Assembly (NCBI GenBank): GCA_013265495.1
Contig: MU057930.1
Coordinates: forward strand, 1,690,057 to 1,754,056
Reading direction: 5' to 3'
Source: Vicugna vicugna
Taxonomy: Eukaryota
DNA length: 64,000 nt
Below are positions 39,371 through 52,593 of the stretch, piece by piece (position 1 is the stretch's first letter; every line of letters starts with the position of its first letter). The notes under the pieces were generated by a model. The model saw only the letters and a program-made list of their open reading frames with translations. It did not search any database and was not told the DNA's origin. The position numbers were made by a program, and so were the translations under genes.

Positions 39371-40874
39371 CTATATTTCTTTCTTTCAATCTATTATTAA
39401 ATGGAGGCAGTAGAGATTGAGGAAGAAAATGTACAATGACCAGAGCTGCAGAATGATGAACACTGCATTTTCACAGCCTCCTGCTTAAGTATCATGAAGT
39501 GGTTAAAAGTTTTTTTTTTTCTTTTAAATTTTTTTTCTGCTATGAGGGGTCTAAGGAGCTGTGCTAAGAGCAAGAAGGCCATGGCTTCTGCAGATCACAC
39601 TGAATGCCTAACATATCATTAGCACAACCTTAAACATGGTTTTCTAAAATAATTAGGTCTCCTAAATTTGTAATGGAACATGAGTATCTGTACCATTCTG
39701 GCTCACATTCAACACAGCTGTCTTAGCTTTTCCCTAAACTATCCCTCCACATAATTTTATTCCTCCTCTCACTCTGTCATGATTTATTTAAGATTTGCCT
39801 GCAGCCAATGCAGGCAGCATTTCCCGATCTAGAAAGGAGATGGTGGAAAGCCAAGATGTAGAGTACAGTGCAATTTTATGTCAGCTGGCTGAGTTTCATT
39901 CTGTGCAGCCCCTGGGACAGCCCCGGGTCAAACTGTGAACTCAGTGATGCAAAGCTCCCTAAGCAAATTTGTTTATGCATAATTCCTAGGTTCATTTTGG
40001 TTTGTAACAGGACCTCCCCAAGTGAAGGAGGTGATGAAAAGCTAATTCTCCCTTTCCTATACGTCTTGAACCCAAATCTGTTCCACATACAGCGACCTAC
40101 CAGATGCCCACAGCAGACACAAAAACCAGTCGATGTGAAATGCCTTACAAACTTGTAAGACATCCAAGCTCTACCCTGTTCCTCCTCTAACTTTCACCTC
40201 TCTGAGGACAGCTCCAAGGAGTGGTCTTTTCACTTTACAGTAAGCATCAGGAAAAGAGGAATTCTCCTTCATCAGTGAATTTGCTCAGCACTAGTGACGT
40301 TTCAAGTCACTTGGGTGGGACCATGTCAAAAATACAGACAGCTCTGGATTTGTACACCTTGACCATGCAAGTGGAGATACTGTCCGTGAAGTATTTCAGC
40401 CAATCGATCTATCTTGAGTATCTTTAATCTCACCATTGAGAGTGTTCTGCACACCCATACAGTTATCCTGACTTCACAAGCAATTCATTTCACGAATGCA
40501 GTGCGTCTCTGACATGCTAATTACACGCAGCTTAGCTGACTGCCAGGTGGACAGCTGAAACACTACAGTGTGAGTTTTCTGATGTAGGGCTATCTGATCA
40601 CTCCTGGAGAGTGGATATGCCATTAAAGCAATTGCATCCTCCTTATCATAACTAGCACATGCATAACATCATACTGTCTATGCTGTTCTTTTAAATTACC
40701 TCAACTTCCCTTTCAGTTGTAGAGATACGTCGATTTCACATCATAGAAACTTCAAGACATAAGGCAAGGGTAGAAAAAGAAATCTGCCAGGTCCTCTTTT
40801 AAAACCTAAATATGAAATATTTTAGGGGTGTGGGGCTCAAGACCCTTAAGTAATGTTTTTTTGGGGTGTCTGGT

Positions 40875-42066
40875 TTTTATTTTTAGTTTTGATTGATTGA
40901 TTGAAGATGGTTGATTTACAACATTGTGTTAGTTTCCAGTGTACAGAAAAGTGATTCACCCACTCCTGGACATATATTCAAAAGGAACCCTAATTCAAAA
41001 AGACATCTGTACCCCAATGTTCATAGCAGTACTATTTACAATAATCAAGACATGGAAACAACCTAAATGTCCATCGACAGATGACTGGACAAAGAAGTTG
41101 TGGTATGTTTGTACAATGGAATACTAATCAGCCATAAAAATGGTAAAATAATGCCATTTCCAGCAACATGGATGGATCTAGAAATTATCATTCTAAGTGA
41201 AGTAAGCCAGAAAGAAAAAGAAACATACCACATGATTTCACTCATATGTGTAATCTGAAAAAAAAAAGACAAATGAACTTATGTATAAAACAGAAACACA
41301 CTCACAGACGTAGAGTACAGACTTGTGGTTGCCAGGTGGGGAGTGGGGTGGGAAGGGATAAACTGGGAGTTCAAGATTTGCAGATACTGACTGGTATATA
41401 CAAAATAGATAAACAAGTTTATACTGTAGAGCACAGGGAAATATGTTCAATATCTTGTAATAGCTCATGGTGAAAAAGAATATGAAAATGAACATATGTA
41501 TGTTCATGTATGACTGAAGCATTGTGCTGTACACCAGAAATTGACACAGCATTGTAAACTGACTCTACCTCAATTTAAAAAAGGAAAAGTGATTCAGATA
41601 CACACACACACGCACACACACACACACATTCTTCTACAGATTCTTCTCTATTATAGGTTATTATAAGATACTGAATATAGTTTCCTGTGCTAAATAGTAG
41701 GACCTTGTTTATCTATTTTATGTATAGTAGTTTGTATCTGTTAATCCCAGAATCCTAACTTATCCCTCCCCTCCCTTCCCCTTTGGTAACTGCAAGCTTG
41801 TTTTCTGTGTCTGTGAGTCTTTTCTGTTTCGTAAATACGTTCATTTGTGTCATTTTTTTTTTAGATTCCACATATAATGGATATCATATGATATTTGTCT
41901 TTATCTGACTTACTTCACTTAGTATGGTAATCTCTAGGTCGATCTATGTTGCTACAAGTGACATTGTTTTATTCTTTTTTATGGCTGAGTAGTATTCCAA
42001 CGTATGTATACACCACATCTTCCTTATCTGGTCATCTGTCAGTGGACGCTTAGGCTATTGTAAATA
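40875..42066 (-). mobile_element. LINE-1 3' end (outer element)
   Basis: The minus-strand 3' UTR is interrupted at 40958 and resumes at 41597. Confidence 0.9.
40959..41583 (+). mobile_element. LINE-1 nested head-to-head in the outer L1
   Basis: Perfect TSD gaaaagtgattca (40946-40958 / 41584-41596). ORF 40939-41127 carries ORF2 motifs. Confidence 0.95.
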
Positions 42067-42403
42067 AGGGAGTGTTTTTGCTATTTTTTCGGTAGTGATG
42101 CCATTTGCTTATTTTGTTGTGATTTATATTCCTACCCCAAGGCACTGCCAACCTTGCACGAGGAAGATCAGTCTACATTTTATTGGTAACAAAAAAAGTT
42201 ACCTGTGGAGACCTGAGCAAACTGACAGCGTATGTCCAGTTTATTCCAGTGACGTGATAATGTGTCACCAAGACTGTGAGAGGACTGAGTCCTTAATCGC
42301 TTCTAATTATTTGTGGAGTTATCATAAGGTGAAAAAGTATACAAGGTGGGGTTTCATTGCAACAAATGTACACAAATGCCCCCACACAAGGGTTAAAACA
42401 AGA

Positions 42404-42777
42404 TGTTAAGAAAAAAAAGACAACGGGTCCAGAATGGAGTCACTTATGCTAAGGTCCAGGTCACCAAGGCAACACTTAATTACAGTCTAGACTCTCCCAG
42501 AAATAGAATGTTAAAACCATTCAATCAACACTAGTTAGGCAACCTGCCTGATACATCCTGCCACCCATTAAAAGCAACTAACTTTGCAATAACCAACCTG
42601 CTTTATTGCCCAGTAGAACTTCTTTGCTTTGTTCCTTCTGGATATGAGAATCTTTTCTTTCATACATCCCCTCAGAGTTCCTATCTATCTGTTAGGTTAG
42701 ATGCTGCCCCATTTAAATCCACTTTTTGCTCAAATAAACTCTTGGAATTTTAATACACCTCAGTTTATCTCTTAACA
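42404..42777 (+). mobile_element. ERV1 solo LTR
   Basis: TGTTAAG...CTTAACA inverted termini, 'aatggagtcacttatgctaag' and 'tgctcaaataaactct'. Confidence 0.85.
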
Positions 42778-44926
42778 CAGGGGAGCAGTTAAATAAATTA
42801 CAAAACATTAGCTTGACTAGTATGCAGTTGTTTGAAAATGATTGACTTCTGTAATCTTCCATAATGAGAAATAGATTTTAGCGAACAGAGCACGTTGCAG
42901 AATAGTATGAATAAGATGATCTCAGTTTTATGAGAAGACACTAAAGAAACAAACCTGTGTGTGTGTGGTGTGTGGTGTGGCTGTCAAACAGCTGTATGCG
43001 ATTCAAGGAAGAACTGGAAATATATCAGAAAAAACTGATGGAAGAATTTCACTGTGTATGCTACACATTTCCGTATTGTTTGAACATGCCTACAAATTAA
43101 CATATTTTAAAGGGGCAATTTAAAGAACATAACCAGATAATACCACAATGGAAGTCAGCAATAATGAGCGATGGGAATGCCAAAGGATGCCTCATTTTGA
43201 CTGAGAACAAAGAATTTATCTTGATTATGCTGTTGTCTTTAAAACATTGTCATAAAATAACATAAAGCATGGGTGAGAGGTTTAATTTACTATCTCTTCT
43301 ATGTAGCACATTAATCAGTAGCCTTCCAAAGACAGGATTCCTTAAAACAAAATAATGACAAAATTGAGGACAATTTCAGATAAAGTAGCTTCTCAGGAGA
43401 GGAGGCTTTTGGAAAGTAAGTGTATATTCCTTGTGGAAAAAATTCATGTGTGTGTGTGTGTGTGTGTATAAAATTTATATGTGTATATATATATATTTTT
43501 TTTTTCCTTATCCTCTCTAGCCAGGATGTCAACTGAGTCAGATCACAGGGTCCAACAATTAGTTCATAATTAGTGAAAATGTTCTATCAAGTTAGTGGAA
43601 TTTATACTGTCCTGTGAATATTCTCCATTACTGTGAATATTTTCCATAACTTACGATATCATTTCAAAACTATTTTCTTCTGAAAATGCTTAACATTTTC
43701 ATATTGGTAATAAACTTTAGACTTCAGGAGGCAGATTTTATTGTATAGAAATGCACAAGAACACTGGACAATCTTCTTTGCAAAAATAAGTTAAATTTTT
43801 GGATAATGATTTCTTTTAAACAAGAGGTTGGCTTTCAGAGTCTAACCGATATTTTGGTAGCCTTGTAACAGTGGTCAATGAAAACCTTATGAAGCTGTCA
43901 GTAGACACCTATTCTTACACCATTAGCAGTCTTTGACTTTGAAAGCAGTTCTTATTCAAGAAAATTATAATAATTCCTTCAGAATTTCCAGTTTGCTCTC
44001 AATCGGGATAGATACGCCTTCATGGGCGTGCTAAACTCCTGACTTTGAAATCCACACGCGTAGAAAACCTAGCACAGTCTGGATGGTTGTCAACATCTAT
44101 ATTTTAACACCATACCCCTTTAAGATCTAAAAATGAGAATGTTAACTTGTTTTATATTAGGTTCCATGACATTTTCTGGAATCTTCAGTTCCATAAAAGT
44201 CAGCACAGCCATTTACATAAGACACGGGAGTTTAAACAGCAAAAGCTAATTCTGATGTACTAAAATGTCAATGTCAATTTGAAATCCTATTAAGGTTGAG
44301 AAAGACGTCCTTTGCCATGGATACTGGAAAATGTGAGTCATTTCAAACTTTAAAACGTTTTTACATCTTGGTGAGCCTCTGAGGTATCTTGAGGAGGATT
44401 TATCACCTGAATGTCTTACAACATACAATAGTATATGGTGTTGAACCGCGCAGAGGTGGTATTTAAGGATGGGCTTATTTCAACTACAGCCTCAGAAGTA
44501 GGCATGCATCACCTCTCCAAGGCATGGGATAAGCCGAATGGAGAGAAACTTGGAAGATTCGTGCGCATTTTACCCCATGCCACCTTCTACCTGCTTCCCC
44601 TTCTGTTCAACATCAGGTGTCTCTGTCTCATGTTCATGTCGATGTGAATCCAAAACTCATTTTACCTTGAGCTCCCAGGAGGAGGGGTTTCAAAGCAACA
44701 CGCTGGAAAGAAAATGTGCTTCTCCAAATCGGCCAATAAAATAATCCATACCATGTAACGTTAAGTATTTGTATATGTTTCCAGAGAAAAAGGAAGCAGA
44801 GAGTCAAATGAGTCATAATAAGGCTGAATGCTGGGGCACCAGCATTCTCTACTCAAAGATCCGCATACTAGACAGATTTTTCCATGCATCACCTTACAAG
44901 CTGGATAGGACCAGGGTCACTGCACT

Positions 44927-45448
44927 TGAAAAGTTGCAGAACAAGCCACCCCGAAATGTGCGTTTGGGTGTATGGATTATTTAGAGCTGATTATTTTGAG
45001 AAACTGGAGACACTGAAGCGCTGAACACAGAGCAGAAGTTACTCTTATGTAAGAGATAATTACAAGAGAAATCCTCATTTGTAAAAGTGTTTCCCCCTCT
45101 GTACCAGGGAGAGAAGGATGTCTCTATATAACCAAGAAACTCATCCCTGAGAAAGGCACTTAAATCTGCTTCACAACTTTACTCTGATTCAGTGTATTTA
45201 TGCCTGGTCATCTCCCCCAAACTGGCCTCCCTCGGCTTCTGCCTTTTGCTGAAGATGGTGTGTGAGCCTCAATTCTAAGCCACCCCTTGCAGACTTACTC
45301 ATTTTCCCTGAGTTATCTCCCACACACACATGAGGCACACATGTTCAAAAACTTCTGGTTGATTTTTTCCCCCCTGTTATTTTGTCTTTGGTTTACAGGG
45401 GCCCCAGCCAAGAACCTAGAAAAGTAGAGGAAATTTTTTCTCTATACA
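44927..45448 (+). mobile_element. ERV1 solo LTR (MER34/MER39-like)
   Basis: 'gccacccgaaat...ggattatttagagctg...gctgaagatggt...ccagccaagaacctagaa'. Confidence 0.75.
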
Positions 45449-46476
45449 TTCATTTGAAGACTCCAGAGACCAAGTTCTCAAGATACTGGGTAACTTCCCC
45501 ATGATCACATAAACTCAGAGATGAGAATTTCAGAGAACCAAAAGCCACACTTTGGCCAATACATTGTAAGATAATTATGGATCACTACATACATTCATTT
45601 TTTGAATAAAGATTAACATAGCTCAAGTAAAAGGTGTAGAACCAAAAACACACTTGAGTGTATTTTAATTTAAAAAAGCACAGAGTTTACAGATTTCCAT
45701 ACCTTCCTTATAACATTTCCTTAGCTTTATAATATCTAAAAAGTGAGGATAAGATGAATTTTATCTTAAGACCGATACAAGGAAGTTCCTTTAATAGAGT
45801 GTGCAGGGAATGCCATGCATAGTGGCAGAGGTGGGCAGAGAACTCACTTCTCAGTAACTTGCCAACCATGCAAAAATAAATGAGAGGAAATCCATTCCAT
45901 GGAGGAATTCTTGATTTAGAGGGCTGCTAGCACATTTCGGTGATAGACATGTCCAACATAAATCATTAAAATATAATGCAAAGTTACTAAAATAAGTCAC
46001 TATACTGGACGCACAGAATGGTATCATTTATTCTAGTCCTAGGTGTTCTAAAAGGATTATAACTCAAAATAAGAATGGGCTGCCACCCAAAGTGTGACAG
46101 AGGAAAAAGCGAAGCAGGGTTGAATTGGCAAATTAATTTCTCTGGAGAAGAATGCAGTCTGGCCACTGTTTTTCATTTCAGAAGTAGGTCTTCTCTACTA
46201 AAATGTAACGTGGTGCATGTAGATACACTAATGCTATGCAACTTCAAAAAGAAGACAGAGTTGTCTAGATAAGGCTTCCCATAACAATAGTTAAAATTTA
46301 TTTTTAAATGAGAATTTCCCAGTATCTATATGAAATGCTATATATATAAAACATCAAATAGGTCTAAATTACAGGTCACTATGATACACGGACCATGACG
46401 GTAATACAGATGCTGAGTTGAAGCAAGAGCTAACTGGACACTAGTTGAAATGCCTTCTGACAACAACCTATGTAAT

Positions 46477-47284
46477 TGCTGTAGACTGAATGTCTGTGTC
46501 TCCCTCCCAAATTCATATATTAAAATCTATTCCTCTGAGAGAGAGTAGAGTATGTGACCCCCCAACATGTGCTGCTTTGCCATGTAGATTATTTGGAGGT
46601 GAAAACAATCAAGCCACAACAGACTCCGGAGGAAGAGCTGTTTACCTTCCCCTTAAGTGCCTAAAAGAATTTAGAGTGGGGGCCTGTACCCGGAGAGAGC
46701 TATTACCAGAGGTAACATTTTATATCAGAAAGACTTGTCTGCATGTCTCAGCATAGACTTGTTCACCAAACATTTACTCTTCTCACCTTCCTGTGAGCTG
46801 CCTTTCTCCCCTTTGAAGCTCCTGACCCCTTCCCCCTTATTCTTAGCTCAGGATGGCGTAGAAGCCTCAATGACCTATTTTGGGATCTCATATCTTTGGG
46901 GCTTTTGTATGTACAAAATGTTCCTCCTGTTCATCTGCCTTATGTCAGTATAATTATTAGACCAGCCAAAGAACCTAGAAGGAAACAATTTTCCTTTCCT
47001 CCACCACTAATGTGGCAGTATCAGGAAGTGAGGGAGGTCTCTGGGAGGTCATGAAGGTGGAGCCCTCATGAATGGGGTTAGTGGCCTTCTAAAAGAGACC
47101 CCAGAGGGCTCCCTTGTCTGTTCCACCAGCAAGAACTAGGAAGTGGGTCCTCGGGAGACAGCAAATCTGCCACCACCTTGATCTTAGACTTCCAGCCTCC
47201 AGAGCCGGTGGGAAATAAATCTGTGTTGTTCATACGCCACTCAGTCTCTGGCTCTGTTTATAAGAGGCTGCACAAACTAAAACA
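46477..47284 (+). mobile_element. MaLR LTR (MLT1A-like) hosting an ERV1 LTR
   Basis: 'tagactgaatgtctgtgtc...aaattcatat' resumes as 'ggtggagccctcatgaatggg...ttccagcctccaga'. Flanks gtaat / gtaac. Confidence 0.85.
46536..47006 (+). mobile_element. ERV1 solo LTR (MER34-like) nested in MLT1A
   Basis: Shares its ending 'ccagccaaagaacctagaa' with the 44927 LTR. Confidence 0.75.
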
Positions 47285-50200
47285 GTAACTGGGTGGTTTA
47301 TCAGAGTGAGCAAAAGAGGAATCAGAGCAGTGTTGGACAAGCTTGACAATGAGTACTCATCCTTGGGCAAGACCATGCAAGCATCATGGTCAAACTTCTG
47401 ACCTCTACATCCAACCTGAAATGAGACAAGATGGATGCAGAGGTTAGAAAAAAGCACCACATGAGAAAATCACCAGGGTGCAGGTCGTTTATTTAGATGG
47501 AGGGAAGTCCATTAAGAGAGCGTGTATGAATGCATTTCTGATGTGGCCACCTGGAGCTCAGTTCCTCCGGAAAACCTCTTAGGAACACCTCAGAACGCAC
47601 CTGAGAACTGTCCCACTGAGGCTGAGTGAGGCATACCCTGACCTGAGCCACCTCCCAACCGCAGTGGTATTATTTCAGCGGCATTTCTGGGCTGTGCCCC
47701 CGAGAGGTGGGGGTGGGGTGGGGTGACGATGAATGGGAGTCTTTGGAACTGTCCGCTGGGACAGTGCTGAAATCGGGGCAGAAGGAGATGGCTGTAGGAC
47801 CACCACGCTTGCTGGCCTCATCCCTTCCCTGAGAAGGATACCTGCATTAGGTAAGTGGGGAAACCTCATTTCAAAGCAAACATTCTACAACTCCACGTAA
47901 CGATCACCCTCACTAAGCAAACGTATATTTGATGGCTTACATTTTACAGTGCCACTCAGCTTGAATGACAGGGAGAATTCCTTAAGCGTCAGCCAAACTC
48001 CATAAAAAAAACCAAGAAGCAGCTCTTAGTACCACTATCACTAGACCAGTTTTAACATCTTTTTCAGTTAATAAAATTGAATGCCTCGTTGGCTGTAAGG
48101 AGCCCTGGGAGCAGTGTGTCACAGTCTAAAGAAAAACAAGCCACCGCATGCCAGGACTCCTGCAAATGTTATCGATCACCGATCAACCTCTCCAGAGAAA
48201 CTGAAAGACATGGCTTTGAAATTTTTTTCGTAGTGGTGTTAAAAAAAAATAACAACCCAAAAGCATTCAGCAACATTTGCTCGTGGGAGTTCTCAAAAGG
48301 GTAAAAATGTGGTGTATCTTTTATTGCTCTTTTAATAGGCTGACACACAATCCGACAGACAGCTGGGGAGGGAAAGAAGCCGACCTGAGCCTGAGTAAGA
48401 TGTTGAGTCAAGCATCAGCGTAACTTCAACATTAATAAAACACTTACTAATTTAATCTTTTTGATCTTCCACTCACATGGCTTAATGTTTCATGGCATAG
48501 TTTGCGGCTTGTTTACAAAGCTGTCTAGGCTGTTCCTATGCCTCACAGCCCATGAAAAGTCAAGCAGAGTATGACTTGCATGACAAATGTGTAGAGAAGG
48601 TGTTCAGAGCAGAAGGGGGAAGGTCGGTGAGGACTCTATACTTTAGAACACGGAAAAGGGGTGATTGTCCAAACACCACATGGGTCGGGTATTATGAATA
48701 AATAACTACACTTAAAACCAAATAAATACAGCCACATGTCTATAGGATTAATACCACATTCAAGTATACTCTGCAAAGATGCTTCTGTGTGATGTCCAAG
48801 GAGAGGAAAGCATGATGATTATATATAAAATTTTAATTTTGAAATGACCTCTTTAAGATGGAGTTTCAGTGGCTAACGTAGGAGGTCCATCATTTAGTAA
48901 AAACGCCAAGGTTGACCTGAATGGCCGCAATGCAAATTAAAGCGATTTGGGAAACGTGCCATGGCCCAAACTGGAAATGAGGGAAGACCGTGGTGGTGAA
49001 ACTTGATTAATTAAAACTTGGGAGGGAAAAAGTCACTGCCTAATAAAACCAACACCTGCAACTGGATGAAAAATCCTAGGACCGTTTCTGTTTTTACTAT
49101 TTCCATAAAACATGGGATCGCTGCCCATTTCTCATCGTAACCCTAGATTCGGCAGGCTGACGGCCGCGAAGGCGATAAAGATTCCTATCACATGGGGGAT
49201 AAATTCAGTCTGCTGTAGGAGAAAAAGTTCGCGAGGACTTCAGCTGACAGAATGGGGCTGCTCCGTCCCGGGGGAGAGAGAGTAGACACCGCTGAATTTG
49301 GCTACCTTGGATGCAAATGGGGTCACACATCTTTCCCTCTCTAGCTCCTTGATCTAGGAAGAAATACGTTTTACAGCAAAATGCATTGATTTGTTTTAAA
49401 ATATGACCAAAGGGGTGACTGCCAGAGGACCATTTACAAAGTATTCATTGCTCATTTCATTAAAAAAAAAATCAACTATCTGAAAACACGAACGTGCTTC
49501 ATAATGGAAGCCCCCCCGGTAAGGATGGGAGAGAAGAAGGATGAAACATGGGTCTTTTCTGTCCACGTCCCAGTCCCTGTCTGGGTCTTGGTGTGTTTGT
49601 TCCCACAGCAGCCCACGAGAGGTCCCTGATAGAACCCAGGGACTTGAAGGTACGGAAGCCTCAAGAATTCAGGAAAAAAAAAAAAATGGAAAGATGGAGC
49701 CGTTCCACCTCCGTTCTCCTTCTGGGCAGGAAATCCCCCTGCCCCTCAGTTCTCCTCCCGGGAGTTGAATCTGGGTGTCTGAGAAACCGGTTCTAAGAAA
49801 AGGTGACACTTCATCTGCGTCAGCGAAGCCGTCTCTGGGGGACACGCCTGGGAGAGAAGCAGACCCAGGCTGGCTGTCCCTCCTGGAAGCCTCGGAAACA
49901 CTCCAAGCCAAGCTCGTGGAGGACACACAGGAAAGATGACGCCCTGTAACCTTTTTTTTTTTTTACCCGTGAGCACATCCCACCAAGGTTCACCTATAAT
50001 CTTCCTACTCCCCAGGGACTAAAGGACCTGTGATTTGCTAGTAAGTCAACTCCACCCCCATCACACACACACAGCATTCGTCCCCTCTTTTTATCTATTT
50101 AACTCCTAGAAGTCTTCACATTTGTAGCCTTGAAACCTGACTTCCCATCTGGTTTGGAAGTCAAGCAGTGTTTCATCCCATGCTCACCGCCGACTACAAA

Positions 50201-50630
50201 AAACAAAATCCATCTATCGATTCGCCTTCCCGTCCGTCTGTGACTTGAGCCTTTGGGAGGAGACGTGGCAAGCTAAGTGGCTGATCACTCCATGTAACTT
50301 TTTTTTACCCCCCATGCAGGAATCAGTGAACCCTGCTAAAAGGAAACTGGAAAAGCCCCCGTGTGGTAGTTTTATTGCGACTCTCCGCTCAGCACGCCCC
50401 GCTGCTCTGGACCTGTCACTCTTTCCTGAAAGGGACCAGGATGCGAACGGACACTCTACGTGGACGTCAGGATTGAAACAAGCTTAGTGGGAAGTTGATC
50501 CTTCTGCCCACTTCCTCCGTCAAAGTGCGTGCTTTTAAAGTGCCCCTGTGTGTTCTCAACTTGCCCCTCTGTTCCTGTTCATCTCTTTCTCTCGTCTGCA
50601 CCAACGGGATCTGGTAGCGTCATCTTGGGG

Positions 50631-51115
50631 TGTGATGGGGCTCAGGACATGACACACCCAAATACAGCACCTCTGCTCAGTGACTATGTTAAGGTGAGAG
50701 AATTTTAGGAAACGGCAGAGGCAGAAAGGTCACTTGGACCTCCCCCTTCTCCCCTACAATACGTAAGACCCTCGGGGGAGAGGTACCCTCTCTGGACCAG
50801 GATGAAGAACCATCCTTGTCTCCAAGAAAAGAGGACATGAGAAGAATCGTAACAAACAGGTCTTGCTAAGTTTCCCCCAGTTCACTACGCTGACCTCCCA
50901 CTCCTTAACCTCTCACCTGCCCCCACGACCATCCACTCTTCATCAAACCTGACACCGAATCCTCAGGTCCATCTCTCTGGGTCTTCTTTTCTTTACGAAG
51001 GCTCCCACGTCACCTAAAACTGCTAGATAAATCTGCATGCTTCCCTCTTTTCCATCTGTCTCTGTCCGTTTAAGTTTCAGACCCTGAGATATCAAGCAAA
51101 ACTTTTTCTTACGAC
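50631..51115 (+). mobile_element. ERV1 solo LTR (MER34/MER39-like)
   Basis: 'tgtgatggggctcaggacatgacacacccaaata...gcagaaaggtcact...aaacaggtcttgctaagttt'. Confidence 0.75.
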
Positions 51116-52222
51116 CCTGAGTATTTCTGCGTATATACACACTCTATCTAAAATTTCAATTTATTTGAAAAGAAAATCAACTCACATGGATGAATTCATG
51201 CATTTGAGTCACCATGCTCATCCAGAAGAGTTTATGAAATCTGGGTTCCAGAAATGCAACAAACAATGGCTTGTGTCTCTCTTTTTTTTTAAAGGTGCGT
51301 TTTTAATGGGTAGGTTTTCTGGACCTTTTAGGATCCAGCCCCTGAGATTTGGAGGCACTGAGAGAACACACAGCAAGTACCATTTCTGATGTAGAAGGGC
51401 CATCCCCAAGGAGCTGTTCCAGGAGCTGCTTCATGCATTCAACCCCCAGAGCCGTCCAAGCTTTCATGGACTTCTCCCCTCCATCCACGTCTTCCCTCCA
51501 GAACCAGGGGGGACACTGATGTCAGCTCAGTGCAGACGCGGACTGTTCCCAATGATTAGAATGACGGAGAGGAAAAAAAAATCTGCCTTGAAGTCCTTTC
51601 CAGGTAACAGTAACTAAATCCGAGGAGAAGCTGGACTTAGATGATCAACATGCAACTTCTTACATCCTTCAAGCCATTTATAAAAATCCTGTCTCTTCTC
51701 TACATATTTCTTCTCCTTTTTCTGGACTGAAGAGGAAGACTCCTTCAGCTCTACCTTAGGAAACACACTCTTCTTACCTTCCAAGTGTAAGTAACTGGAG
51801 TGACATATTCACGTCCAACAATGTGCATCTCTCACCTCCCCAGATGCCTCTGCTTTCAAAGGTGACATTTCATACCTGAATGCAATTTTCAATCATTAAA
51901 ACTGGCAATAATTAGAACCACGATGATGAGGGAGTTCTGGGTATTAAGGGACCAGACATTAAGAATCTTAGCATGATGATGAACCACAGGCCTCATTCAA
52001 TTCAAATCTTCTTCCAAAAGGAAGACTCCTCTTTGCTCCATCTTGGCTACTGTCTGTCCAGCTGCCGTTCAAATACCTTCAGTGATAAGGAATTCACTGT
52101 GTTCTGGGGAAATCCCATCCACGAATGGTGAGCTCCATTTAAGAAATGACTGAGAAACATTTAATAATTATTAGAAGCCAAACTATCCTTAGAAATAAAA
52201 TTTCTCTCATTAGAAATAATTA

Positions 52223-52593
52223 TGGTGCACAGCACAGTGTCCCAGTCATGCATATGCGTACATTTAATCATTTTCATATTCTTCTTCATTAAAGGTTATC
52301 ACAAGATATTGAACGTGGTTCCCTCTGCTCTACAGAAGAAACTTGTTTTTTAAATCTATTTATATATATAGTAGCGAATATCTGCAAATCTCAAAGTTCC
52401 AAATTTATCCCTTCCCACCCGCTTTCCCGCAGTGACCATAAGATTGTTTACTACGTCTGTGAGTCTGTTTCTGTTTTGTAGATGAGCTCCTTAGTGTCCA
52501 TTTTTCTTTTTTTTAAGATTGTACATGTGAGTGATACCATATGGTTTTTTACTGTTACTGACTGTACTTAACAAAATTTTTTTTTAGAAAGAA
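52223..52593 (+). mobile_element. 5'-inverted (twin-primed) LINE-1 with a very short sense piece
   Basis: About 52223-52550 is the minus-strand 3' UTR. About 52552-52576 is the sense terminus 'tgttactgactgtacttaacaaaa'. TSD agaaataattatgg (52212-52225) / agaaataattacgg (52594-52607). Confidence 0.8.

Noticed and set aside
38354..39420. Long His/Pro-rich ORFs (336, 314 and 180 aa) and the antisense Gly/Trp/Met ORFs
   Set aside because: These are stop-free readings of the CCAT/CCAC array, open in several frames and on both strands. No coding signal.
43612..43649. 19-bp tandem pair ctgtgaatattctccatta / ctgtgaatattttccataa
   Set aside because: An ordinary two-copy local duplication with no spacers, so not CRISPR-like.
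42404..47006. A provirus bounded by two of the LTRs
   Set aside because: The LTRs differ from each other and no PBS, PPT or retroviral coding remnant is visible between them.
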